A stretch of DNA of 64,000 bases from Bacillota bacterium (lineage in GTDB: Bacteria; Bacillota; Dehalobacteriia; UBA4068; UBA4997). A program made the translations under genes and the position numbers. Below the pieces are notes generated by a model, which saw only the letters and a program-made list of their open reading frames with translations, had not been told where the DNA came from and ran no database searches. The stretch lies in NCBI GenBank assembly GCA_021771915.1, contig JAETNY010000002.1, forward strand, positions 77,825 to 141,824, in the 5' to 3' direction. Of this stretch, positions 20,371-29,353 are shown one piece after another; within the stretch, counting starts at the first letter, position 1; each line of letters opens with the position of its first letter.

Positions 20371-21401
20371 GCAACCACCGGCTGAATAACCGTCGGCCGG
20401 CGTGTAGTCAAATCCAGCAGAGCCTGAGAAAACTCCGGCAAGCAGACTACACGCGTATAATTAACAAAAAGCACCTCTTTCAAAGCATTATCCTCAATTA
20501 TTTCCAGCGCGTTAAAATTGCTGTTTCTGGGGTCAATAACATATATTTCATCATAATGCGCCGTCAGAAAAGGAATAATCGTATTGGCATAGGAGTCCTT
20601 AATAATGGCCAGCCGCCGCCCGGTTCCAGCCTGAGTTTGCAGCTTGATATAGGGCAAATCGCCGCCCATGAAAAAAGCGTATTTATTGCCCTGCGTCAGC
20701 CACCAATCCTTATATAAACCCTTGGATATAAAAGGCTGGCCATTGTTGTTCCAATACGTATAGGTAACCTCCGCTGGCAGTTGATAATAATAAATCCTAT
20801 CCGGATTAACGGCCAGACTGTCACTTTCCGTTGCAGCATAAATCGAACCCAGATAATCTACACCGCTGTCCTGCAACGGATAATTCTGCAAATCAACCGG
20901 CGACAAACCCAGCTTTTTCGCCAGCTCCAGATAGGCCAGATAACCGGCGCGCGCCGTCCAATGATGGTCAGTGCGAAAATAAAGATATTCGTCACTGTGC
21001 GCGGCCAGCGTATCATAAATATTGATATGCTGAAAACGCTCGTCCAGCTGCGTCTGAACCCGGGCAATCAGCTTTTGTTGATTGGGAAAATAGCAGGTAT
21101 AATCAGGCGCAACGCCATAAGCCGCCGAGGTTGGCGCCAACAATGAGTATAGCTGAATATCTTCCGGCAGCTGCGCCGCAAAATTATTAAGAGCCGCGGC
21201 ATAAGCCGCCTCTTTTTTGTCGCTGAAAGACAAATAATGCGCATATCCCTGCCCATTAATAACATAATAATCGGTATAAATTTCCATTTGCCCATCTGCC
21301 GCCAATGCGCGCCCTGGGCAAAAAATCAGATAAACAAGCACAAATAACAATATTGACCAATTACACCATGTCACTCTGATTTTCTGCATAATTCCAATCA
21401 T
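20337..21401 (-). CDS. DHHW family protein (secreted or membrane-anchored)
   Basis: 354 aa with an N-terminal hydrophobic segment and the diagnostic TDHHWT motif. The 3' end overlaps the convergent amidase gene by 34 nt. Confidence 0.75.
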   Translation of the reverse strand: MIGIMQKIRVTWCNWSILLFVLVYLIFCPGRALAADGQMEIYTDYYVINGQGYAHYLSFSDKKEAAYAAALNNFAAQLPEDIQLYSLLAPTSAAYGVAPDYTCYFPNQQKLIARVQTQLDERFQHINIYDTLAAHSDEYLYFRTDHHWTARAGYLAYLELAKKLGLSPVDLQNYPLQDSGVDYLGSIYAATESDSLAVNPDRIYYYQLPAEVTYTYWNNNGQPFISKGLYKDWWLTQGNKYAFFMGGDLPYIKLQTQAGTGRRLAIIKDSYANTIIPFLTAHYDEIYVIDPRNSNFNALEIIEDNALKEVLFVNYTRVVCLPEFSQALLDLTTRRPTVIQPVVAQTSISPSTSK

Positions 21402-21526
21402 GCCCCTTTTTTCGTTATATTACTACTACTATTATTATATATTATATTTAAGGCTTTTCACAATAGCTTAAAGTATCTTTTTATAAAAAAAATTTAAAAA
21501 TTTTTACTAAATTTGCCATAAACCTC

Positions 21527-21555
21527 TTGACAAAACGCTTTTTTTTGTGTAATAT
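21527..21555 (+). promoter_or_regulatory. sigma-A type promoter for the tRNA-Met/tRNA-Glu pair
   Basis: TTGACA at 21527-32, a 17-bp spacer, then TAATAT at 21550-55, about 17 nt upstream of the tRNA 5' end. Confidence 0.5.
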
Positions 21556-21571
21556 AATAAAGCACAGCAAC

Positions 21572-21648
21572 GGCGGTGTAGCTCAGTTGGTCAGAGCACA
21601 CGGTTCATACCCGTGGTGTCACTGGTTCAAATCCAGTCACCGCTACCA
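21572..21648 (+). tRNA. tRNA-Met (CAU anticodon; elongator-type, G1-U72)
   Basis: GGCGGTGTAGCTCAGTTGGTCAGAGCACACGGTTCATACCCGTGGTGTCACTGGTTCAAATCCAGTCACCGCTACCA folds as a cloverleaf. The anticodon loop is TTCATAC and the 3' CCA is encoded. Confidence 0.85.
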
Positions 21649-21651
21649 TTT

Positions 21652-21728
21652 GGCACGTTGGAGAAGCGGCTTAACTCACCAGCCTCTCACGCTGGCATTC
21701 ATGGGTTCGAATCCCATACGTGTCACCA
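21652..21728 (+). tRNA. tRNA-Glu (CUC anticodon)
   Basis: GGCACGTTGGAGAAGCGGCTTAACTCACCAGCCTCTCACGCTGGCATTCATGGGTTCGAATCCCATACGTGTCACCA has the same scaffold as Bacillus tRNA-Glu, but the anticodon loop CTCTCAC gives CUC rather than UUC. It sits 3 nt after tRNA-Met and CCA is encoded. Confidence 0.75.
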
Positions 21729-21740
21729 TCATTTCCCATA

Positions 21741-21777
21741 AACTCCTCTGTTCGCATAGCAGAGGAGTTTTTTTTGT
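21741..21777 (+). terminator. rho-independent terminator after the tRNA pair
   Basis: A 10-bp stem (AACTCCTCTG / CAGAGGAGTT) and a 9-nt loop, followed by TTTTTTTT. Confidence 0.65.
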
Positions 21778-21843
21778 GTGAACACTTAGTGATTGACAGG
21801 CCGCAGGCAAAGTCAGAACTTTTTAAATTTTAACAAAAACCTG

Positions 21844-21874
21844 TTGACTCTGACCTTGGGTCAGGCTTTATAAT
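21844..21874 (+). promoter_or_regulatory. MerR-type promoter/operator: TTGACT, 19-bp spacer containing a perfect dyad CTGACC-TTG-GGTCAG, then TATAAT
   Basis: The -35 is at 21844-49 and the -10 at 21869-74, giving the 19-bp spacing diagnostic of MerR-family regulated promoters. It lies directly upstream of the MerR-family gene. Confidence 0.6.
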
Positions 21875-21917
21875 ATAAACAGTTCCGGAACCAAACATTA
21901 TCAAACAGGAGGCAAGC

Positions 21918-22721
21918 ATGTTCACAATCGGAGAGTTTTCTAAAATTTGCCAAATAAGCGTTAAAACACTGCATTATTATGACCGCATTGGCCTGCTTAA
22001 ACCGGCCAGAGTGGATAAATTTTCTGGTTATCGTTATTACAGCCAACAGCAGCTGAAACGCATGTTATTAATTCAGCGCTTAAAACGCTATAACTTCACT
22101 CTTGATGAGATTGCCTGTTTTCTGGATTGTACAGAACCGGCGCTTCGTCTGAAAAAACTGCGCCAACAAAAACAGAAACTGAACAAAGAAATGCAAGACA
22201 CGCGTTTAATTATCATGGAACTTGACGCACACCTGCGAAGTTATGAAGAAACGGAGGATATTATGGATTATCAGAAAAATTATAAGATTGAACTCATCAA
22301 CACACCGCCCCAGGCCGTTTTAACCTGCCGGCAAAATATGGGCGTGCGAGAATTCGGTCAATATTTCAGCAGTATATATGAAAGAATTGCCCAAGAAAAA
22401 TTGACCTCCAACGGCACCTGCGGCGCAATTTATCATGACCGGGAATTTGACCCGGACAATTCTGATATAGAACTTTTTGTCGGTATCGCAGAAACAAATC
22501 AGGCCGATTATTTGCTGCCCCAGCGCTTATGCGCCAAAACTCTGCATAAAGGCGCCTATTCCAGCCTGCACGACGCTTACGGCGCTTTAATAGAATGGAT
22601 AGCCAACAGCGATTATGAACTCTGCGGCGCTCCATATGATATTTATATCAAAGACAGTTTGCAAATGCTGCCACCGGAACAATGGGAAACTGAAGTCTAT
22701 TTCCCAGTTCAAAGTAAATAA
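21918..22721 (+). CDS. MerR family transcriptional regulator with C-terminal GyrI-like effector-binding domain (BmrR/TipA-class)
   Basis: The N-terminal HTH (FTIGEFSKICQISVKTLHYYDRIGLL) is followed by a coiled coil and a GyrI-like domain of about 150 aa. Confidence 0.8.
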   Translation: MFTIGEFSKICQISVKTLHYYDRIGLLKPARVDKFSGYRYYSQQQLKRMLLIQRLKRYNFTLDEIACFLDCTEPALRLKKLRQQKQKLNKEMQDTRLIIMELDAHLRSYEETEDIMDYQKNYKIELINTPPQAVLTCRQNMGVREFGQYFSSIYERIAQEKLTSNGTCGAIYHDREFDPDNSDIELFVGIAETNQADYLLPQRLCAKTLHKGAYSSLHDAYGALIEWIANSDYELCGAPYDIYIKDSLQMLPPEQWETEVYFPVQSK

Positions 22722-22726
22722 GCTAT

Positions 22727-22760
22727 AAAATTAAAAGCCTCTGCTCAATTAGGCAGAGGT
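22727..22760. terminator. bidirectional rho-independent terminator
   Basis: The stem GCCTCTGC / GCAGAGGT pairs with a G-U at the last position. TTTTT follows on the plus strand and there is an A-run on the other side. Confidence 0.5.
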
Positions 22761-22767
22761 TTTTAAT

Positions 22768-23040
22768 TTACAATTCTTTCTGCAAATATATCATATCACA
22801 AAGCTGTTTACCAGCCTCAAATATCTTATGATTATAATTATCAATAAAAAATTTGGGGATTACATGGGTTCGCTGAAAACCACAATGCTCATAAAACAGC
22901 AAAGTCAGCGGACTATCATCATAAAGAGCATACATATTGCCACGCTCCGGATAGCTGTCAATCATGCTTTCCTGCTCATCAGCTAACAACAATAAATCCA
23001 GATATTGCTTTTTATTTTCAGTTATAATTTGAAATTCCAC
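22768..23040 (-). pseudogene. GNAT-like acetyltransferase remnant (90 aa; acetyl-CoA binding motif A missing)
   Basis: It ends with a GNAT-type FYEHCGFQ segment but is roughly half the normal GNAT length, which suggests an internal deletion. No independent RBS was evaluated. Confidence 0.3.
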
Positions 23041-23047
23041 TTAAATA

Positions 23048-23407
23048 TTAATCCCAAGCTATTTCTGCGCCATGTTCACGCAAAAAACTGTAAATCTTTT
23101 TTTCATTTTCCACTAAATCACAAATAACCTCGGCAAATTTGGCCGCTTTTAACTCATTTGCCGGCGATAAATCATAATAGGCAACATACATGCCGGCCTC
23201 TGGGTCAGTCTGCATACCCTCCAGCAAATCCGGCGACATCTTCGCCAAATAACAATTCAAAAAGGCTTCCCAATTATATCCATTCATGTAGGCGTTTTCA
23301 TCAAGCGCCTGCATTTTTTCTGCAATGGCAATTATTCTTTCACGCTCAATATCAAACACAACTTCAGTATATTTATCTAAATTCATTTTTTTTACATATT
23401 CATGCAT
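23048..23407 (-). CDS. hypothetical protein (119 aa, acidic, no TM)
   Basis: Clean ORF with an ATG start and no recognisable motif. Confidence 0.4.
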   Translation of the reverse strand: MHEYVKKMNLDKYTEVVFDIERERIIAIAEKMQALDENAYMNGYNWEAFLNCYLAKMSPDLLEGMQTDPEAGMYVAYYDLSPANELKAAKFAEVICDLVENEKKIYSFLREHGAEIAWD

Positions 23408-23482
23408 AACCTAAGCCTCCTTTAATATATTCATAAAACAACAAACCTATAAAATTATACGTTTATAAAACTGATAATGTGC

Positions 23483-23974
23483 CTATAAAACATGATAATA
23501 TGGGCAAATATCCACAAAACTGCCGTCTTGCAGACGAAAACCGCCAGGAATTGTCCCCAGCTGCACAAAGCCCAAACGCTCATAAAGATGCCGGGCATGG
23601 ACATTACTGGCCACCACCGCATTAAACTGCAATATACCATAGCCCAGTCGCCGCGCCTGCGCCAGACAATCCAAAACAAGTTTTTCACCAATATGCAATC
23701 CCCGACTGTCTGAACACACTGCATAACTGGCGTTGCTGATATGCCCACAACGCCCCTCATTATTGGGGTGCAGAATATAAAGCCCTAATATCCGGCCGCT
23801 TTCAGCGTCCACCGCCACAGCGCTGTATGATTGCGCCGCAAAAAACGCCGCACCAGTTAACTCGTCCAAAACATGCTCCTGCGGAAAGGCAACCCCCTCC
23901 TCCACCACTTCATTCCAAATTGCCAGCATTGCCGGCAAATCATGTTCAGTATATTTTCTCACACTGACACTCAA
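23483..23974 (-). CDS. GNAT family N-acetyltransferase
   Basis: 163 aa with a motif A-like segment IGEKLVLDCLAQARRLGYGILQF and a C-terminal YERLGF. Confidence 0.75.
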   Translation of the reverse strand: MSVSVRKYTEHDLPAMLAIWNEVVEEGVAFPQEHVLDELTGAAFFAAQSYSAVAVDAESGRILGLYILHPNNEGRCGHISNASYAVCSDSRGLHIGEKLVLDCLAQARRLGYGILQFNAVVASNVHARHLYERLGFVQLGTIPGGFRLQDGSFVDICPYYHVL

Positions 23975-24015
23975 AGAAAAATCACCTGTCTTTCATTATT
24001 ATATATTTTGCATAA

Positions 24016-24774
24016 TCATGCATTATCGGCCGCCATAGCCAAAACAAACTCGGCAAAATGCTCACTCCGCGGACAAACATATTTATGCGGATTTTGCAGC
24101 TGTGCCGCCAATTCCGCATTGGGCAACAAAGCAATATCCGCCTCCTCCAGCATAGGCAAATCCAACTCGCTGTCGCCAGCCGCAACCAGCCGAGAGTTGG
24201 GAAACATTGAGCGCAAACGCTGCACAGCCACACCTTTATTTATATTTGGCGGCAAAAAATAAACCTTACGACCACCACGACACACCTGCAAGCCAGATTT
24301 TAGCGTAAATTCAGCAAAATCAGCCATGCACTTATCCGCTGCCGCCACATCATCGCAAACCACATATAAATAAATCTCATCAACCATATGATGATGAAAA
24401 AGCTGTGCCACATCTAACTGTTCAGTCAGTTTATGCAAAGCCGGCCGAAATTCCGCCGCCAGTTTCAATGACTTCGCTCGCCAGACCACATCAGGCTCAC
24501 CGGCACACAGCAGCAGGCCGCCGTTTGTGGTAACTGCCAGTTCTGGTATACCCAACGGCCAGACAAGCCGCAAATATTGTGCCTGTGAGCGTGTCGTCAC
24601 TGGCACCAGCTGTATATTTTCTGACAGTTGGCGCAGCTGTACCAAAGTTTTAGCTGTTATAAAACTCTGTTCCTGCCCCTCCAAAAGTTCAACGCAAACA
24701 TCGTCTGGCGTACGATGCTTATATGAATAAATAAGCGTGTTATCTAAATCGCAGGCCAAAATTGTTTTCTTCAT
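24016..24774 (-). CDS. HAD-IIB (Cof-type) hydrolase, Ter-island biosynthetic module
   Basis: Motif I is ACDLDNTL and GDSELD sits near the C-terminus. It is the last gene of the co-directional island. Confidence 0.7.
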   Translation of the reverse strand: MKKTILACDLDNTLIYSYKHRTPDDVCVELLEGQEQSFITAKTLVQLRQLSENIQLVPVTTRSQAQYLRLVWPLGIPELAVTTNGGLLLCAGEPDVVWRAKSLKLAAEFRPALHKLTEQLDVAQLFHHHMVDEIYLYVVCDDVAAADKCMADFAEFTLKSGLQVCRGGRKVYFLPPNINKGVAVQRLRSMFPNSRLVAAGDSELDLPMLEEADIALLPNAELAAQLQNPHKYVCPRSEHFAEFVLAMAADNA

Positions 24775-24803
24775 ATATAAATTTTCCCTTAAATTTTCGT
24801 TTA

Positions 24804-25865
24804 TCAGGTATCCGCCAAATTTTTAATTATACCACAGGCTCGATAATTTTGCAGAGGGTAAACCTGCAACTCCACACCCTTTTCCTGAGCCAGCTGATAC
24901 AAATGCCCCAAATGCTCTTCGTCCTGCAAACTGTGCACCAAAACTTTCCAGGGCAAACGGCGCAGCAAAACTCGCGTTGCTTCGCCAATGCCGGGCTTCA
25001 CAAAATTTATATCCACAACATTAAAATCCCGACAAATATTATGCACCTCTGCCATCGCATTCAATTCCGGCGCTGTTTCCGGGCATGTCAAATCAACAGC
25101 CGGCGCCGCATCTGGAAAATGCGCCGCCACTGTATCAATAAATTTATAGGTTAAATCCTGCGCCAGTAAATCCGCATAAAAAGCTGCACCATGAAAATCC
25201 GCCGTTCCAATTATATCATCACGATAAAAAGTGCGGCTTAACAGGCCGGAAACAGTAGAATTTAAGCAGGAACTGGCAATTAAAAAATCATCTCTGGTGC
25301 CATATTCGGCGGCAATACCAGCCGGGTCAGAAAGCACTGCCAGACCTGGATTAACCCCAGGCCAAGCAGAAACGGCTGCTTCCAGTTCGCGCTGAATAGC
25401 CCCCTTGCCCGTCCAACCGTCCACAAATTGGATTTGCTGCGGCTGATGTCTGGCCAGAATATAGCGCAGGGCATTTTCATCAATCCCACGACCACGAATT
25501 ATCGAAATTGTATAATGACTGACCGAATGCTGCATATGTTCTGCAATATAACGCTTCAGCAAAATGCCAATCGGCGTACCGGCACGCGCCAAAGACACAA
25601 TAACCAGTCCCGACCCTTTTTTGGCCCAAATTTTTGTGGCCAACACCGCCACCGCCTGCGCCGTCAGTGGCGAATACATTGCCAACGCCTTAAAAAATGC
25701 GTTCAGATAATCCGGCGAAGGCTCATATTCCAACGGCAACATCTCTGAATAATGCCGCCCACTCTGAATTAAAGCTTCTCGCTCCCGAGTAGGCAGCGGC
25801 TGCACCAAACCGCTGATATCTTTCAACAAAATAGTTACATCTTCCGCCTTATAGGTGCTGAACAT
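24804..25865 (-). CDS. PRTase-like protein of the TerD-associated module (cysteine protease StiP family naming in databases)
   Basis: About 353 aa from MFSTYKAEDV. It has a PRTase-like VIVSLARAGTPIGILL segment and overlaps the upstream PRTase gene end. Confidence 0.5.
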   Translation of the reverse strand: MFSTYKAEDVTILLKDISGLVQPLPTREREALIQSGRHYSEMLPLEYEPSPDYLNAFFKALAMYSPLTAQAVAVLATKIWAKKGSGLVIVSLARAGTPIGILLKRYIAEHMQHSVSHYTISIIRGRGIDENALRYILARHQPQQIQFVDGWTGKGAIQRELEAAVSAWPGVNPGLAVLSDPAGIAAEYGTRDDFLIASSCLNSTVSGLLSRTFYRDDIIGTADFHGAAFYADLLAQDLTYKFIDTVAAHFPDAAPAVDLTCPETAPELNAMAEVHNICRDFNVVDINFVKPGIGEATRVLLRRLPWKVLVHSLQDEEHLGHLYQLAQEKGVELQVYPLQNYRACGIIKNLADT

Positions 25866-27018
25866 TTTGCCCTCCCTGCACATAAAACAACTGCTGACAG
25901 CCCTGCTCACGCAATGCCACCAGTAAATCTGCCAAAGCCAAACGTCCGGCCTCCGTCGCTGTGGTATCGCTTAAAATCACCGCAGCGTCATAAGCAGCCA
26001 GATTATAAATATAGGTTGAACGCTCCGTCGCATAAAAGCTATGCAGACGATAACCATTGCGAATTGGATAACCAGACACCTGGCCAATACCAATCGGACT
26101 GCGCGTGGTTGCATGACAAAACACCTCGCTCGCCCAGCCCAGCCCTGACAACTCCTCGCCCAAAAGCAGTGCCGGATACATAAATTCTTCCGTACCCAGC
26201 AGCAAAATTCTACTGTCTGGCGTAATTTTCCTGGCCAAATGCCGCGCCAAATATTTAGCGTTATCCCGACAATTCTGCTGATACTCGCCAATCATAACCC
26301 CCAGCCGCGTATCCATATAAGGCGCAGCAGCAGTTAAGGCAGTATAATCGGGCAAATCTGCAGGTTCTATCGGCTTCGCTTCAGATACTACAAAATCAGC
26401 GACCGCCTGTTCATAATCCAAAGGTTCCGGCCGCACCAGATATTCACTGCGTAAACCAACGTCTGCCCAAGCCAACTCATTTTCCGGCTGCAAGCGGTTA
26501 ATGATAGAAGCCGCCACCATTTCCTTACCCTGACAGTCCGGGCAAAAATTCTTCAGCTGCGCCACAATATTCAGCAAAGTTTTACCGGTGGAGATTTCAT
26601 CATCAACAAAAATTATCTGCGGTGAATTGGCAACAGCCGCCGACAAATTATCCGCACATAATTTCTGCTCCACCGCATGACTATGCTCCTCCTGAAAATT
26701 CAGCCAGCTTTTAACCTGTGGCATCAACTCTCGCGTAGTTTGCAGATAAACGCAATCCGGCGCCAGACATGCCGCCACCGCCGCACCCAGCGCCGTAGCA
26801 GTTTCCGCAAAACCGATAACCAAGCGCGCCTGCGGATAATGTGCCGCCACCTTTCGGCCTAAACACTGCATCATCTGTAAAGCAGCATCAGGAGCCGACG
26901 GCAAATGCTTAGCCTGCAATGGATTAACCAACAAATAACTGCGCCTGGTATTCTGCCAGCGTTTAGCTAAAAGCAGCACATCGGCTGCGGTATATTTACT
27001 CATCATCAATAATCCCAT
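25849..27018 (-). CDS. phosphoribosyltransferase domain-containing protein (TerD-associated PRTase with C-terminal extension)
   Basis: Type I PRTase PRPP-binding motif IIFVDDEISTGKT, with an extended C-terminal domain. Confidence 0.65.
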   Translation of the reverse strand: MGLLMMSKYTAADVLLLAKRWQNTRRSYLLVNPLQAKHLPSAPDAALQMMQCLGRKVAAHYPQARLVIGFAETATALGAAVAACLAPDCVYLQTTRELMPQVKSWLNFQEEHSHAVEQKLCADNLSAAVANSPQIIFVDDEISTGKTLLNIVAQLKNFCPDCQGKEMVAASIINRLQPENELAWADVGLRSEYLVRPEPLDYEQAVADFVVSEAKPIEPADLPDYTALTAAAPYMDTRLGVMIGEYQQNCRDNAKYLARHLARKITPDSRILLLGTEEFMYPALLLGEELSGLGWASEVFCHATTRSPIGIGQVSGYPIRNGYRLHSFYATERSTYIYNLAAYDAAVILSDTTATEAGRLALADLLVALREQGCQQLFYVQGGQNVQHL

Positions 27019-28048
27019 ATATCTCGGCCAAAACAGCCGTTTTCAAGGCCCAATTGGTATGACATTTTAATTCATTCATGCGTGAACCGTCCGCGCTTTT
27101 AGCCACACCCAAATTATCCGGCAACCAGTCCAGCAAATGCAGCGCATCATCATAATCAGCTCGACTAACCTTAAGGCTGTCATAAATAATCGGCAGCTGC
27201 GCCGGGTGTACCGCCGTTTTGCCAACAAAACCATTCAAACGGTCCAAAGCCAACTCAGCGCGCAGACCTTGCGCCCAGGGCGCAACCGGATTATCACCAA
27301 AATATTCCCAAACCGGACCGGACAGCACATAATCATCAGAAAACATATTAACAATATCGGCCAGAATATCACGCACCACGCTAATTTGATAAATATTCTG
27401 CTGCACACTGCGGCGTAAGCCGAACAAACTGCAAAAATCGTTACAACCAACTCGTACATTCAAAATATATTTCTGGACGCGTGCCAATTCATCTTTAAGC
27501 TGCTGCAAAGCAGGCCGCCGACTAACCAGGTCAGCCAACATTCGACTTTCCAGAATCGGCATGAAATAAAGCGGCCGCTGCCGACCGGCATTTATCTGCC
27601 GAATTAAATCAATATAGGCCGCAGAATTAGACAAATCAAATTTGGGCAGAATATAACCACAAAGCAGTTCAGAAAAATCACCCAAAAATTCCTGAATATG
27701 CTGCAAATGTTGAGGTGTACGCACTCGCACGAACATCAGAGGCAAATTGGCAGACGGCAGATTTTTGGCTTTGATGGCCGCCAAATTACAACAGAGTTCC
27801 AATTCTGCCTGCGGCAAAGCCTCGTCCAGAATAGCGTCTTCCAGACAAAAGGCCAACGATGTCAGACCGGGTATCGCGCCGGCAGCAATTTTATCCGCCA
27901 ATTCCGGATTATATGGCGGAGTATATAAAAGCCCCCCCAACGCATAAGCCAGACGCGTACGTTCATCAAATACACGCAAGCTTCGTATTGTGGTTGAACC
28001 ATGTTGATTTAAGTTTTTTATAGTTAAACTATTCAATGTTGACTCCAT
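26996..28048 (-). CDS. HpcH/HpaI aldolase / citrate lyase beta-subunit-like TIM-barrel protein
   Basis: About 350 aa from MESTLNSL. The sequence is CitE/HpcH-like, and the gene sits where this family is expected in Ter biosynthetic modules. Confidence 0.6.
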   Translation of the reverse strand: MESTLNSLTIKNLNQHGSTTIRSLRVFDERTRLAYALGGLLYTPPYNPELADKIAAGAIPGLTSLAFCLEDAILDEALPQAELELCCNLAAIKAKNLPSANLPLMFVRVRTPQHLQHIQEFLGDFSELLCGYILPKFDLSNSAAYIDLIRQINAGRQRPLYFMPILESRMLADLVSRRPALQQLKDELARVQKYILNVRVGCNDFCSLFGLRRSVQQNIYQISVVRDILADIVNMFSDDYVLSGPVWEYFGDNPVAPWAQGLRAELALDRLNGFVGKTAVHPAQLPIIYDSLKVSRADYDDALHLLDWLPDNLGVAKSADGSRMNELKCHTNWALKTAVLAEIYGIIDDE

Positions 28049-29252
28049 AACTCTCACACAAATGCCGCAAGCCGCTGTGATAGCCGGCGCCGACAAAATT
28101 CATTTTCCATTCACCCTTATAACGATAAATTTCCACGGCCACCGCCGTTTTTTCCTCATAAAGTTCATCAAGTGCAAAACGATATATTTCTTTATCTGCG
28201 CTGAAAATACGCACAACAGCCCCTTTAACCGCTGAAAAACGCTGTGTCTGATTATCGCCATAAATTGAGTAACAAACGGCTATACGCTCCACATCAGCCG
28301 GCGCTTTGGCCAACTCCACCAGTGTCAGCGGACGGTCATTAACCTGACTCATTTTAACAGCGCCGCCCTGTGATTCTGTGTTGCCAAAGAAGATTAAATC
28401 TTCATCACGCCGCACCCGGCCGCCCTGCAACATAAAGCAATAGCCGTCGATATCCAGTTGGGCGTCTTCAGTCTGATATTCCAGAGCAATTTTCAAAACC
28501 GAATTCTGCCATTCCTTAACAGAAAGCCGCTGACCGCGCTTAATATGCTGCACATTGCTGTCGTCAATATCCGGCGCTAACATTTCCAATGGAGCTGTCA
28601 TCTGCACCGGCAGGGAAACCGCCGGCCCATTCGGCACAGCTTGCCCCTCATTATGCACCTGCGCCTCCGTCAACGCCTTGCCAGTTATGTATATGCGCCG
28701 GCTCACCCGGGTTTTCACCATAATTTCACCGTAAAGGATAGTATTATGACGCATTTCGGAAACAGTCAGAGTTATGGTGTTCGCCCCAGGCATCAAGGAT
28801 AATGGCGCCAATCGAACACCACGCACATTACATTCCAGCTGTGCGGCAGCCGCAGCTTCAAGTTGCAGCGTAAAAGTATTTTCAGTATCGGCGGCAAAAT
28901 TGCCAAGCGCAATCAAACCGGGCAAAGTCCAGTTCTCCGCTTCTGGCGCAAAGCCGCAAACCGCCCCCTTGACCTCCACATTCTCCAGATTAATGCTATC
29001 CGGATTGCCGGCCTGAAACTGCAACGCCGTACCGGCCCCATTATCACCACCAGCCAGTTCAATCCGCAGATTTTTTATCGTCACATTATCCGCTGCGATT
29101 GTCAGAACCGGACCGTCAGCAGACCAAAGCGTAGCGTTACCGCCGTCAAACACGCCAGGCCGGTCTATCAGCAGCGGCCCCTGATATTCACCGGGAGCCA
29201 GCAAAAAATCTCCCGTCTTATTCGCATTAAATTGTTCCTGTATATTTTCCAT
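28029..29252 (-). CDS. fusion protein: N-terminal ~210 aa domain of unknown function (repetitive beta-rich) + C-terminal TerD domain
   Basis: ATG at 29250-52 with a GAGGGA RBS. The C-terminal 190 aa (LSVKEW ... DIDGYCFMLQGG ... GEWKMNFVGAGYHSGLRHLCESYGVNIE) is collinear with the three canonical TerD proteins downstream. Confidence 0.65.
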   Translation of the reverse strand: MENIQEQFNANKTGDFLLAPGEYQGPLLIDRPGVFDGGNATLWSADGPVLTIAADNVTIKNLRIELAGGDNGAGTALQFQAGNPDSINLENVEVKGAVCGFAPEAENWTLPGLIALGNFAADTENTFTLQLEAAAAAQLECNVRGVRLAPLSLMPGANTITLTVSEMRHNTILYGEIMVKTRVSRRIYITGKALTEAQVHNEGQAVPNGPAVSLPVQMTAPLEMLAPDIDDSNVQHIKRGQRLSVKEWQNSVLKIALEYQTEDAQLDIDGYCFMLQGGRVRRDEDLIFFGNTESQGGAVKMSQVNDRPLTLVELAKAPADVERIAVCYSIYGDNQTQRFSAVKGAVVRIFSADKEIYRFALDELYEEKTAVAVEIYRYKGEWKMNFVGAGYHSGLRHLCESYGVNIE

Positions 29253-29353
29253 AAAAATATCCCTCAAGCCCAAATTGCATTATTTCACATAAAGCGCCTA
29301 CACCGGGAATGTAAGCGCTTTATTTTATTAACAGAATAATTTTTCAGGAAAAA

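Noticed and set aside
21652-21728. tRNA-like pseudogene, because the D-arm looked irregular
   Set aside because: The sequence matches the Bacillus tRNA-Glu scaffold position by position, including the short 3-bp D-stem, and the T-arm and acceptor pair well. It was kept as tRNA-Glu(CUC).
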